Assembly: GCA_965112735.1 (NCBI GenBank)
Contig: OZ218955.1
Span: 1,116,001 to 1,180,000, forward strand
Direction of reading: 5' to 3'
DNA: 64,000 nucleotides
DNA from: Phaeosaccion multiseriatum
Taxonomy: Eukaryota; Protista; Ochrophyta, other classes
Shown: piece by piece, positions 1-12,734 of the stretch
Position numbering within the stretch: the stretch's first letter is position 1
How the letters are laid out: every line of letters starts with the position of its first letter
The notes under the pieces: model-generated
Seen by the model: the letters and a program-made list of their open reading frames with translations, nothing else
The model's database searches: none
Told to the model about the DNA's origin: nothing
Made by a program: the position numbers and the translations under genes

Positions 1-365
1 CTGAGGGGATCAGAAGGCTCAGCAGGGAGGCCGGTTGTTGTCTCAGTTTCGAGTTTGAGTTCGAGTTTGAGTTTGAGTTTGAGTTTAGTCTTATCGTGTC
101 CTCGTTAGGAGCTGCTGCCGCTGTATGACCAACGCCTGCGCTTTGTGAGGGCTCTGGGGATGAAAGAGCATATCAATCATATGGGTCCCACATTGAATGG
201 TTCGCAATCGATCTCAGTTTATGACCTTATCAAAATATCGAACTCGACACATGGACTGGACACCGAAATCGACCTCGGTCAAAAAAAAACTGGAAACTGT
301 ATCGGACGATCTGACACTGAATTACAACCTGACTCTTTGAAACTGAATCTGAAACGGTCACACAG

Positions 366-2145
366 GAGCGAACAGACATGCTCGACACGATCCGAGAGCT
401 GTCGAGACAACTGAAACTCAAGGAGCTTGTGTTGGGCAACTTCGTTCCTCCTGATGAGGGGGTCAAGATGGAGAAGAGGGCGGTGTGGAACGAGGAGGAG
501 GAGGTGAGGGAGGGAGAGGAGAGGAGGGGAGGGGAGGGGAGGGAGAGGAGGGGAGGGGAGGGGTGGAGAGGGGAGGGGAGGGGTGAGGAGGAGGGAGGGA
601 GGGAGGGAGGGAGGGAGGGAAGGGGGGGAGGGGAGGCGAAAGGAAGGGAGAGGGCGGGGAGAGGGGGAGTGGTGTGAGAGGGGTCCCTTCTCTCTGCCAC
701 ACACACAAACCCAGGGTGTTGTGGATCTAACCCCAAGTGTTTCCTGTATGACACGTGCCTATTTGTGACTCTCTTTCCCGGAATGCGTGTGCGTGAATGC
801 GCCTCCCTTCCATCCTTATGCCTTCCTTCGGTTTCTCTCTGCCCCTCTAACCCCCTTCCCCTCTCCTCTCCTCTCCTCTCCTCCTCTCCTCTCCTCTCCT
901 CTCCTCTCCTCTCCTCTCCTCTCCTCTCCTCTCCTCTCCTCTCCTCTCCTCTCCTCTCCTCTCCTCTCCTCTCCTCTCCTCTCCTCTCCTCTCCTCTCCT
1001 CTCCTCTCCTCTCCTCTCCTCTCCTCTCCTCTCCTCTCCTCTCCTCTCCTCTCCTCTCCTCTCCTCTCCTCTCCTCCTCTCCTCCCCTCACCTCTCCTCT
1101 CCTCCCCTCCCCTCTCCTCCCCACTGCCCTGCCCTGCCCATACACCTCTAACCTCTACCCTGCCTATATGCCTGCAGATGTGGGTCATCTCCCGCCTCGA
1201 CCTCTCCGGGAACGCCCTCCGAATGCGTCGACCCGTAAGCCTAAATGGACTGAAGCGCCCCGAGACAGGGTATGCGAGAGCAAGGAAGCAATTCGATGCC
1301 TCGACTCGATACAAGTATGACAATGTCATCAATCAGGACCTCGACATGCCCGAACGGACTACGCAAGACTATGAGGGAACAAACATGGTAAGAGGAGGGG
1401 GAGGGGAGGGGAGGGGAGGGGAGGGAAGGGGAGGCTAAGAGGGGAGAGAGTGAGGGAGGGAGGGTGGGAGGTGCCCAGCAACATGCCAGAGTCGTACGAA
1501 AGAGCCTTAACACCCGCCTTCTCCATTCCTCCCCTCCTCCTCCTCCTCCTCCTCCTCCTCCTCCTCCTCCTCCTCCTCCTCCTCCTCCTCCTCCTCCTCC
1601 TCCTCCTCCTCCCTCGCTCTGCTACCACTACTACCCCCCACGCCTACTACTACTGCTCCCCTTCACGCATTGTGCATACGCGTCGTCGCCACCACCACAG
1701 GTGTCGAGAGTCCATCCTGCCGTGAGTATGCCCCTAGATGCGGCAGAGGAGGAAGTGACGTTCACAGCCGTTGACACAAGCCCCCCTCAGCCATATCTGC
1801 AATACGAGAATGATGGAGGAGGAGGGGGAGGAGGAGGAGGGGGAGGAGGAGGAGGAGGAGGAGGAGGAGGAGGCGGAGGAGGAGACGGAGGAGGAGGAGG
1901 AGGAAGGGGAGGCGACGACCACGACAGGGGCGCACGGCCCAAGAGCGCTGCGAGAAGGGTGAGTAGTGGCAGGTTTGCAAAGATCAACCCCCCCCAGGTT
2001 TAGTTTCAGTTTCAGTTGGTTCCACTCTCAGCAACCTCGCTGGCTGCCTTTTCGCCCCCCCTTCCTCCGCTCTTGAAACGGCTTTTGCAGCTGAGTGGCT
2101 CGAGCGAAACTGTCGAAACTGTGGCAACTCACCCCTTGGTCTTGT

Positions 2146-2196
<51 letters not shown>

Positions 2197-2421
2197 CCTG
2201 TGTGCGTGCACGCGTGTGTATACCTATGTGTACATGTGTGTGTGTCTTCGTGCGTGTGTGTGTGCGTGTCTGTGTGTGACATCCAACCGCAGGCCTCTTC
2301 TCGACGCCCCAAGAGCGCCGTCAGACGCAAGAGCCGACCCGAGGAGACTGAGCCCGAACTTGAGTTTAAGGTTGATTACAAAGAGGCATATCCCACGGCA
2401 AGGGGATTACTGGGCAACTGA
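366..2421 (+). CDS. Kinesin-2 (KIF3/KIF17/FLA8-FLA10 family) C-terminal stalk and tail; 3' part of a gene starting upstream of the window
   Basis: Phase-0 exons 366-503, 1178-1387, 1701-1958, 2293-2421 with GT-AG ends. Translation [71 protein letters not shown] and terminal YPTARGL match the conserved kinesin-II tail motifs. Confidence 0.85.
860..1120 (+). repeat. (CTCCT)n pentanucleotide microsatellite in the 3' half of a kinesin intron
   Basis: Near-perfect CTCCT run; the 5' part of the same intron (504-670) is GGAGG/GGAGA-rich. Confidence 0.95.
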
Positions 2422-2427
2422 GCAGGG

Positions 2428-2815
2428 GGAGGAGGATGAGGGGGATGTGGAGGAGGTGGTGGTGGTGGTGGTGGTGGTGGTGGTGGTGGAGGAGGAGGAG
2501 GAGGAGGAGGAGGAGGTGGTGGTGGTGGAGGAGGAGGAGGAGGAGGAGGAGGAGGAGAAGGAGAAGGAGGAGGAGGAGGAGGAGGAGGAGGAGGAGGAGG
2601 AGGAGGAGGAGAAGGAGGAGGAGGACGAGGAGGAGGAGGAGGAGGAGGAGGAGGAGGAGGAGGAGGAAGAGGAGGTGGAGGAGGAGGTGGAGGAGGAGGA
2701 GGACAGGAGGGTGTGGGAGGGGGAGGGGAGGAGGAGGAGGAGGAGGAGGAGGGGAGGAGGAGGAGGAGGAGGAGGAGGAGGAGGAGGAGGAGGAGGAGGA
2801 GGAAGAGAAGGAGGA
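2428..2815 (+). repeat. (GAG)n/(GTG)n compound microsatellite downstream of the kinesin stop
   Basis: Directly visible; source of spurious poly-E/poly-R/poly-P ORFs. Confidence 0.95.
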
Positions 2816-3625
2816 GCCTGCAGCGGAACAGCGCTCGATGCTCAAGTATCGGTGCTCGGTATTCAAGTATCGGGGCTCGATATTCAGTGCCGGAGCTAAG
2901 CGCCCCTGGAGAAGCCCCCATCACTGATTCCAAAAGGAGAGAGGAAGGAGGAGGGAGAGAGAGTTGTGCGTGCGTGCGTGCGTGCATCGCCCCTGTTGCT
3001 CCTCCACTGCTGCGACCACCTGCCATTTGGCCCTGTGATTCAAGGATTGAAGGATCGGAGGATGTTGATTTGAGTTGGCGAGCGCACACACGGCGCAGCA
3101 CACAGCGCACTCACAGCGCAAGCACAGAGCACGTCACTCTTGACCCACGGAAGACACACGTGTAGACGTGTTCCTTGCAGTGTGACCAAGGAATGAAGGA
3201 TTGTGTCTATCAACTATTCCCCAGGCCATCACACCTCACACCGTACTTTGGCAGGGCCTGACAAGAGCGACGTAAAAGGGTCAAAGGTGCAGTCTATTAT
3301 TGATTATGAATTTGATTTTGATCATTCTATTTTATCTATCTATTACAGGAGAGAGAGAGAGGGAGAGAGAGAGAGGGAGAGAGAGAGTCTGAGTCTTCAG
3401 GAAGTACTTTTGCTCCATCTCTGTCGATCCTTACGCGTCTCCGCCCGGTGCTCGCAGGCCGGGGGGGGGAGGGGAGCAACAAGCCAAGCCATGACCACCA
3501 CATCTCTTTTCCCTCCTCCTTCAACCTTGTAAATGTATCTCCAAATTGTTTTGTTGGCCAAGTCCTCGTGTTGAGGCTCCACTGCTGTTTCCATTTGTGA
3601 ACAAGCCGATGTAGTACCAACACAC

Positions 3626-5605
3626 CTACTGCGGCCTCTTCTTGTCCTTCCCATGGCGCACCTTCATTGCCTTGGCGGAAGCGGCTGCATTGCGGAAGGC
3701 CGCCTCCAGAGCCTTGTCCTCTGGACTAGAGCCACCAGCACCACCACCACGAGCGGCAGCAGCCGCCGCTGCACCTGCCGCACCAGCACCACCACCACCA
3801 CCACCACCGACAGCAGCACCAGTAGCAGCCTCAGAAGCATCAGCGGCTGCGGCAGCAGCGGCAGCAGCGTCGGCAATAGGTCGATTTGTGTCCAAGTGTT
3901 CCTTGATATCCCGATAGCTCCAAAACTCCTGCCGGAGACAGTCGTGCAGACCAAAAGGCCCCTGCTGCGTCCTCTCAAGGGCGGTCATGATGCCCCTTGT
4001 GTCCAGGGATCGGGCAATGTCATCAATCAGCGAGCGCACATATGTGCCTCCTCCACATTCGATGCTCAGGCCAAAGTGAGGCAGCTCTGGTGGTGGTACG
4101 GGGGTAACGTCCGACAGTTGTGACGCCATTGAAGAGGAGAGAGGAGGACCGGCCTCTCTGACGTCGAGACGGGCAATGTGGACGGGGCGGGCTTCTCGCT
4201 CCACGGTAATGCCCTCTCTCGCCAGCTCGTAAAGCTTCTTGCCCTTCCTCTTTAGGGCCGAGTACATGGGAGGTACCTTAGGAGAGGGGAGGGGGAGCAG
4301 GATACACAAGAGCAGTTACGGACGTAAAGACTTGGGGTACTTGGTTCTTCAATTGGACGACGTTCGCTCGCTCCTTTCCTTTCTTCACGTCCCTCTCTCT
4401 CTCTCTCTCTTGCCTTGAGCTGCCATCCGACCATCCCCTACATGCGCATGCTCTCATTCTCTTCCTCATTCTTTCTCCCTCCCCCTTCCTCTCACTCTCT
4501 CTTCCTCTCACTCCCTCTCCTTCCCTCTTCCCCCAACTCTCTTCCACTCTCTCCACCTCCCTCCATCCCTCACTCCTCCCTTCCCTCCCTCCCTCCCTCT
4601 CCCCCTCCTTCCCTCCCTCCCTCCCCCTCCACACCCCACCTACCTGCATAATGTCGCCTCGGAAGGGCTTGACCGCCTCCTTGAGCGCCGCCCACGTGAC
4701 GTGCGACGCATCCCTCTCCCCAATGACCTTGCCCTCCGTATCCAGCGTGTCCGTCTCCACACCCAACAACCCACAAGCCTCGTATGCCTTCGCCCCCTTG
4801 AGCATCCCTCCCATTGACTTGGTGCCACTCCCCACCCCGATCACAAGCACTCCCGTGGCCATGGGGTCAAGAGTGCCTCCGTGCCCAACCTTGACCTTGA
4901 AACGAGGCCCTCTCCTCACATCCCCTCCCTTCTGCTGCCCTGGCTGCGTCTTCTTCCCACCCCCCCTCCTTCGTCCTCTGCCCCCCTTTGGTCTGACAAT
5001 GGCGTCCGCCACGATGGTCGACTTGTCGGCGTTGTCGTCCGGGATGGGGGACACTTTGCCGAACAACAGCTCGTCTCCCTTGGCGAGCATTCTCTGTCTC
5101 TCCTCCTCCTGCTGGATCTCCGCAGGAGCTCGAGGGTACAGCTCGTCCAATCGCTTCAGAGCGGCGTTAGACAAGCCCCTCTGAAGCTCGCCTATTGCAG
5201 AGAGAAGGGGGGCGGGGGGTGGCGAGGGTAAGGCAACAGTGTGTTGTAAGAGGAGGATTCAGGAGGGAGTTCAGGAGGGAGACAAAAAGCGGAATCGGAC
5301 TCTGAATACGGCCCCCACACACGGCAGGACGGCCCACAGCAAAGCAACCGGGCCACTACACCCAACAACAGCAGTTGGTGATACAGTCAGAAGCTTACCC
5401 TTGATCTTGCTGACGACGTCGCTCGAAGTCCAGCCCTTCGGCTTGTACACCGCCATGACGCCATTGGGTCTCTCCATACTATTCACCACTTGGCTGACTT
5501 CATGTGCTGTCGGTCTAGGATAGGCTGCGTCTCTGGCAGCACCAAGTGTGTTCCCCTTTGCAGCATCCACCGATGGTCGCGTCTTTTTCTCCGCCGAGCC
5601 TGGCC

Positions 5606-5651
<46 letters not shown>

Positions 5652-6008
5652 TTCTGCTGCTTCTGCTGCTACTGGCCCGTCGCCTGCTGGCGGATGTCGG
5701 CCTGTCTCTGATGATGGTGATGCCGGTGCCGTTCCTGAATCGCCATTTCCTTCGTCCTTTTGGGCGGCCAGCAAGGCACTTGCTCTTGTCCGACTGCTAC
5801 TCGTGCTACTACTGCTGCTATGAAACCTACCGACACTATGAGCCCTACTACTTCTGCTGCTGCTCTCGCAGCTATGCACCTGTTGTTGTTGTTTTGTGAG
5901 GAGGGGTGCGAGGGGCCGGATAAGATGGTGGTGGTGGTGGAGGGTGAATCCCCTGCTCAGCTGCAGCACAGTACACAGCATTGGCAGCCGCAGCGCCAGT
6001 CGAGGCAT
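3626..6008 (-). CDS. truB: tRNA pseudouridine(55) synthase TruB, probably plastid-targeted
   Basis: Exons 6008-5399, 5191-4644, 4276-3626 (GT-AG, phases match). Motifs NGVMAVYKPKGWTSSDVV, KVGHGGTLDPMATGVL (catalytic Asp), K.YEACGLLGVETDTLDTEG, QVPPMYSALKRKGKKLYELAREG, CGGGTYVRSLIDDI, LERTQQGPF. N-terminal signal peptide ending SRG-F followed by a Ser/Arg-rich transit-like segment. Confidence 0.93.
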
Positions 6009-6421
6009 TGTGGCACTTTAAGGCTTCTTGCCTTGTGATCATCATTGTGATGGCGGTCCAGTTTCAGTTTCAGCTTTGGTGTCTCATATTGGTCCATATT
6101 GCGAATCCCTCATTCAAGAAAACAACAAACAGCAGCAACACAACTAGGCCCAAAATATTAAACCTTGGTGAATAAAGGGGAGAAGCAGCAGGAGGTAGAA
6201 GTGGAGCTAAGAAGAAGTAGTTGCCTGCAAGGGCCTTCCTGTTTCAGGAAAGGTCCTTTCGTTCGTGTGTCCAAAAGCAGGCCGCGAGTACGTGGAGTCT
6301 TGGACAACGCTGGGCAGGGACCGCCACGCCCGTCATCATTGCTAGAGGAAGAACCCTCCCTTGAGTAAGCACGGGGCCAGGAAGGTGGATTAGGCACGCG
6401 TATACCCTGGCAACGGACGCC
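6009..6421. promoter_or_regulatory. Probable bidirectional promoter between truB and SQD2
   Basis: 413 bp between two divergent start codons; no specific elements identified. Confidence 0.5.
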
Positions 6422-7511
6422 ATGGTGTATGTAAAATCGTGCGCCTCCCTCTTGTTCGCAGTCTCTTCTGCCGTCCTTCTTGTGATGCTCGACACTGGCG
6501 GGGTAGATGCCTTCGCTCCCCCGCCACAACTTCAGAGCAGCCACGCGGCAGCAGCGAGACACAGCAGTAGGAGCAGCAGCAGCAGCAGCAGCGGGGTGTG
6601 TAGTCCTACTCAAGCGTGCAGTCCCCGTGGGCCCGCCCCTCTGGGTATGGCAGGACCGAAGGTGTCCCCTGGGGCCCTGGCATCTGCGGTCGAAGCGGCA
6701 GCAGCAAAGGCCGCGGCCGATGACGAAGCAGAGGTGAGAGCGAAAGGGCAAAAGCTGAACTAAAAGGAGTCGGTGTGAGCGTAACGGCACAAGCTAGGCT
6801 GAAGGGGGTATGAAGGGTTGCGTAGTGTGAGTGGGTTGGCCGGAGCGAGTATAGAGAGACGCCCATACGATGAGAAACGAAAGGTGGGCGCCTAGTGCGA
6901 GAGGTGGAAGCTGAGAAGAAGCTTTTGTCGTTCTCTATGGACGGAGGGAGAGTGCTTGCGTGGATTTGTGCGCCCAAGTCTTGCACATGCTTCCATTGCC
7001 CTCTCTATCTCTGTGTACGTGCGTGTGTGTCTGAGTGAATGCACATTCTTCTTTTGCGCTCTCTCTCTGTGTGTGTGTATGTGTGTGTGTGTGTGTGAGT
7101 GAATACGTGAGCGTGTCAATTGTGTGTGAGAGTGAGGAGAGCGTGAGACAGCGTGGCAGGCCTGTGTGTGTGAGTGAGCAGTGTACTCACGACGCATGCG
7201 GTGCTGGTCGTACCCATCGATGCTTTCTGAAACTCCCTTGCCTTCGTCCGCTCATTCAATGCAAATGCAAACTCCCTCAGCAGACCCCGAGTGCGATGCT
7301 CCAACTAAAGGCCACCCCCCCGCAGCGCATCGGACTGGTCATTGAGCCCTCTCCCTTCACTCACATTAGCGGTAAGGCGGACCGGCAGAGACAGACAGCA
7401 GCTATACAGATGTATACATGGACGGGCAGGCAGATAGACAGATGTAAAGGCAGGCAGGGAGATAGATAGACAAACAGATAGACAGACAGAAAGACAGTCA
7501 GTCAGTCAGTC

Positions 7512-7548
<37 letters not shown>

Positions 7549-7699
7549 GGCAGACAGACAGACAGACAGACAGGCAGACAGATGGACAGATGGACAGACA
7601 GACAGACAGGCAGACAGACAGACAGACAGACAGACAGACATACAGACAGACAGACAGGCAGACAGATGGACAGATGGACAGACAGACAGACAGACAGGC

Positions 7700-7738
<39 letters not shown>

Positions 7739-7792
7739 TGGACAGACAGACAGACAGACAGACAGACAGGCAGACAGATGGACAGACAGACT

Positions 7793-7828
<36 letters not shown>

Positions 7829-7840
7829 GGCAGACAGATG

Positions 7841-7895
<55 letters not shown>

Positions 7896-8070
7896 GACAG
7901 ACCGACAGGCACACAGACCGAATGCGGCTTGAGATATACAGACCCCACTGCCTCGCACAGCGCTGTCTGGCCATGGGCTGTCTGGCCATGGGCTGGGCAC
8001 TGCATTTGCAAGTGGGAGGGAGGAAGAGAACCGAATTGACTTACTTGTCTGCAGCAGGCCATGAGATACA

Positions 8071-8141
<71 letters not shown>

Positions 8142-8635
8142 AAGACTGGCAGACAGATAGACAGATGGACAGACAGGATCGACTCACTTGTCTTCAGCAA
8201 GACATGGCATGAGGAGACGCAAAGACGGACTCACTTGCTATGTTTGTCTGTGCTCTTCATCGCCTTACCTGTTTGTACATACGTTGGACCAGTTGTGATC
8301 CGTTGATGGATGCCGCATGGCCGGCCTGTCCATTTCCCAGCCCTCATCCTCCCCCCCTTCCCTCTGTACCAACAACACCCCCCCCGCCCCCCGCTCTCCC
8401 ATCTACCACACAGGCTACAGCAACCGTTTCCGTGAGCTGATCAAGTACCTCAAGAAGGCAGAGGATGACGTGTCCATCGTGACTTGTGATGACCACAAGG
8501 ACCCGCCCACTGAAATTGAGAATTTCCCGATCATCACCACAAAAGGTTTCCGCTTCCCCTTGTACGACCACATTGTGCTCTCCTTCGACACCAAGGTAGG
8601 GTAGGATGTTGGATGGATTGGGTGGGTGGTTGGAC

Positions 8636-8669
<34 letters not shown>

Positions 8670-9752
8670 ATGGATGGATGGATGGATGGATGGATGTTAA
8701 GACGAGATGGACGGAAAGAAGGCTAAGGAAGCCGAGGACGCGCTGAGGAAGCTGTGAAGAACTTTCTTGTCTCTACTCGTGTCTCTAGGAACTCTCTTTT
8801 AAGAGAGTCTCTACTCTCTACTCTCTGCTCTGTCTCTAAAAGTGTGATGTTGCTCAACGATCTCATCACTCGTTGCTCCCCCCCACCGCCCCTCCCTCCT
8901 TCCCTTCCTACCCTCCACCCCTCCCTCCCTCCCTTCCTACCCTCCACCCCTCCCTCCCTCCCTCCTTCCCCTCCCCTCCCTCTGTCTAACAGGGCAAAGG
9001 CTGGGCCATGGCAGAGACGCATCAGCCGGACGTGCTCCACGTGACCAGTCCGGGCTTCATCGTGCTATCGGCCCTGCTCTATGCAAGGCACTTTCGGTGT
9101 CCGTTGGTGTTCTCTTACCACACACATTTGCCGCTGTATGCACGGTCCTATGCGGTGAGTGAGTGTGTGGGGAGGGGGAGAGACAGGGAGCGGGAGGGAG
9201 GGAGGGAGGGAGAAAGAGAGGGGGAGAGAGAGGGAGGGAGGGAGGGGAGGGAGGAAGGGGAGGGAGGGAGGGGGGGGGGGGACTGCAAGAGAGAGTGCAA
9301 GGGATGGATGGAGTGCAAGGGAGGGAGGAGAGGAAAGGAGGGGAGAGAGAGAATGACAGAGATTGAGAGAGGAGGAGGAGAGAGGAGAGAGGAGCTGCGG
9401 GGCAGCTGCGTGTGTTCGCCATCTCCGCATACATGCAACGGGCCGCAAAGCACGTACCCACGCGCGCATACACACACACGCACACACACACACACACACG
9501 TACACACATACACACGCACACACACACTTGACTCTCCTCTCCCCCGCTGTGGCATCCATCTGATCTCCGCTGCTCTGTCTCCTCCTCCTCCTCTCTCTTA
9601 CTCTCTCTCTCTGCTACTGCTGCTTGAATCCTTCAACCAAACCCAACCAAACAAACAAACACACACACTCGTTTCGATCCTCAAACGGAAACAACAACAA
9701 CAACAACAACAACACCACCACCACCAACAATAACAACAACAACAACAACAAT

Positions 9753-9811
<59 letters not shown>

Positions 9812-11287
9812 CGCCACCACCAACAACAACAACCACAACCACAACCACAACCACAACAACTTACACTAGAAATTCCTGCCCGGAGCGGAGCGAATGGCGT
9901 GGTACCTCATGAAGTACGTACACAACAAGGCCGACCTGACCCTCGTCACCAGCCCCCAGATCAGGGACGAGTTGGAGGCGCATGGGATTAAGCGGGTGGA
10001 TGTATGGCGCAAGGGGATCGATACCGACCGTTTCAACCCCTCCTTCAAGTCGGCGGAGATGAGGGAACGGCTCAGTGATGGGCATCCAGAAGCTCCCCTG
10101 CTTGTGTATGTGGGTCGGTTGGGCACGGAGAAACGACTGAAGGACCTCAAGGGGGTGTTGGAACAGCTGCCAGAGGCTCGATTGGCGCTGGTAGGCAAAG
10201 GTCCAGATGACGAAGCGTTGAAGGAGTACTTTGTAGGGACCAATACGGTGTTTACAGGCGTCATGACCGGGACAGAACTCAGCCAAGCCTTTGCTTCGGG
10301 GGACGTGTTTCTCATGCCGTCTGACTCGGAAACCTTGGGCTTTGTGGTGCTGGAGAGTATGGCGAGTGGCGTGCCGGTAATTGGTGTCAGGGCCGGGGGT
10401 GTACCGGACTTGATTGAGGATGGCAAGACGGGCTATCTTGTCGATGTAGGGGACGCTAAGGCCATGGCTGATAGGGTGAGTCAGGGAAGGGGAGGAGAGG
10501 GAGGGAGGGAGGGAGGGAGGGAGGGAGGGAGGAGAGGGACGGGAGGGAGAGGGAGGGGGTGGGTAGGGGAGGGAGGGGGGGAGGGACGGGCGAGCGGGAG
10601 GAGGGGGGGGCGGAGGGAGGGAGGGAGGGAAGGGGAGAGGGCACACTGAGAAGCAGCTTTTATTCGCAGAGATGGGGCGGGGAAGGAAGGGGGAAAGGCA
10701 GGGCTCAAGAGGGAGGTAGGACCCGCGTGGAATAGAGGGAGGGACGGACGGACGGACGGAGGGAGGGAGGGAGGGAGAGGCTCTCTTGCACATACGCACT
10801 TTCAAACGCACGCACGCATGCACACCCACCGATGTATACTCACCTCCCTCCCTCCCTCCCTCCCTCCTCTCATTTCCACCACACGACAACCAACAAACAG
10901 GTGAAACTCATGCTGCAGAGCAAAACGGCGTACAAAGCCATGGGGGAGGCCGCGAGAAAAGAGACAGAAAAGTGGTCCTGGGAGTCTGCCACCGCCTACT
11001 TACGCAACGTGCAGTACAAAAAGGCTATGCTAAACTTCAAGTTCAGGGCCTTCAATGGTTACGGCTCGCCCCACTCGAGGTCGAAGTGGAGGGGCGGGTT
11101 ATTCTCCATCAAGAGGGGCATTACGGCCATCCTGGGCTTTATCGTGAGGGCGATCAGGAAAGCGTCTGAGGCAACAGCAGTGGCGCCGCCAGCGACACCT
11201 GCAGCGGCAGCAGCAGCAGCGGGAGGAGGAGGAGGAGGAGGAGGAGGAGATGTGGCGAAGGCGAAGGAGGAGAGGTGGTGGTTCTGA
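6422..11287 (+). CDS. SQD2: Sulfoquinovosyldiacylglycerol synthase (GT4 glycosyltransferase), plastid-targeted
   Basis: Exons 6422-6733, 7311-7371, 8414-8595, 8993-9154, 9870-10475, 10901-11287 splice in frame. [84 protein letters not shown] and W..AT..LRNVQY are SQD2 signatures. Signal peptide followed by VDA-FAP (ASAFAP-type motif). Confidence 0.93.
7430..8180 (+). repeat. (GACA)n tetranucleotide array in SQD2 intron 2, interrupted by about 150 bp of unique sequence
   Basis: Directly visible. Confidence 0.95.
9690..9860 (+). repeat. (CAA)n microsatellite directly before the SQD2 exon 5 acceptor
   Basis: Directly visible. Confidence 0.95.
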
Positions 11288-11865
11288 TCAGATCTGTGAT
11301 GCGCGAATTTAGTCTGACCCCACCTGAGCTTACGTAAGTTCCATCACTCACAGCTTTTACTTTTATACTTCCTCCCCCTTTTCCTCTTATACTTTCTGAC
11401 TAATCACTCTCCAGCTTGTCACTTCACCTTCTCGCTCTCCAGTTTTTACATACTTTATACAAAGGGGGGCAGGGGGCTTTTTATTTATCTTGCGGTTGCA
11501 AATTCGACCTCGCGTGTGGGGAGGGAGGAGGACCGCTTACTTACTTACTTACGTACACTTACGTACACATTTACATACGATCAGCAAAATAAAGCGTTAT
11601 ACTCAAAGCACGGTCCCCTCGCACCCCCGCACACCCCAACGCGGGCTCTGCCCTGCCTCTCCGTCTTGGTGTTTACTCTGAAGTACTCGTCAAGTACTCG
11701 TCAAGTAGTTAGGAAGAAGACCAACATGTGTGCAAGATGCGATGTGCAAGATGCGGTGTGTATGCGACTTGGCGACTAGGGGGTGACAGGGTGGGGGTCC
11801 GGGCGAGAGTCAGAGCTTTCGCCCCCATGTCATCCCCGCCGCCGCCGCCACTCGACCCCTTGAAC

Positions 11866-11897
<32 letters not shown>

Positions 11898-12734
11898 TAC
11901 CATTGGGTGCCCATTGGGTACCCCTGCCGTCCTTCGGCCCTTCCGTTGGTGACTGACGCGCGGAACGACGATCGCGGTGAACAACCAACAGCCCATAGTG
12001 ACAGCGTCCTGGGGGGCTCGAGAGCGAAATAGACCTTCAAAGACCTCAAACGAGCCGTAGCAGCGCCACTGCAGCAGTTGGTGATACAGCAGCAATCAAT
12101 TGAGCCCCCTCGCCCTTGCCCTTGCTCTCAGCCTCCTTGCCCCTGCTGCAATCGTTTGGGCCTCCCCTTGCTTGCGATTTCAGCCTGCTGCTGGCGGTCG
12201 AAACGAGGCAGCACCAGCAGCAGTTGGTGATACAGCAGCTCGCGGGTGTGGGACTGCACCGGGGGGGGGGGGGGCTTCTCTCGAACAATGCCACCAGCAG
12301 CAGTGCCACAGATGCCTTCCTTTGACTGCCACCATGTTCACTTACCACCCCACCACCACCACCCCGAGAGGACACTACCTCTCCGATTAGGGAAATAGGG
12401 GGCGGGGTGAGTCCCAGCAGCAGTGCCACAGTTCCTCCCTCTTATGGGGGGATAAGTCACCGCGACAGTGGCTTGAAGGGACTTGGGATGATGGAATCTC
12501 GTCGCGGAAACAAGGCTGCTTTCACACCCGGGCAAGAGCAGCCCTCCGCCAGCAGCCCTCTCATTGTCGTCGCCATTTGTTGTCTTCTCTGGGGCTAGGC
12601 TGGCCAAGGCGCAGTGTCATCAGGGCCTCACTTATGGGAATGGGAGCTGCGTAGCCTTCCTTTCTTCTTCCTTCTTGCCGGCCTCCCCTCCTTCCTTCCT
12701 TCCTTCCTTCCTTCTTTCCTCTTTGCATCACGAG

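Noticed and set aside
2832-2897. Three ~21-bp degenerate repeats (gctcg.t..tcaagtatcg), superficially CRISPR-like
   Set aside because: No spacers, only three adjacent copies, eukaryotic context, no cas genes.
230-3165. Many poly-P/E/R/L/SSPLL ORFs
   Set aside because: Frames through stop-free microsatellites in introns or UTR; the real coding exons belong to the kinesin gene.
7502-8306. ORFs of (DRQT)n / (LSVC)n
   Set aside because: Translation of the intronic (GACA)n array.
11700-12730. Several short ORFs between SQD2 and the permease gene
   Set aside because: Low complexity, no recognisable domain or coherent splice pattern; likely UTR or intergenic.
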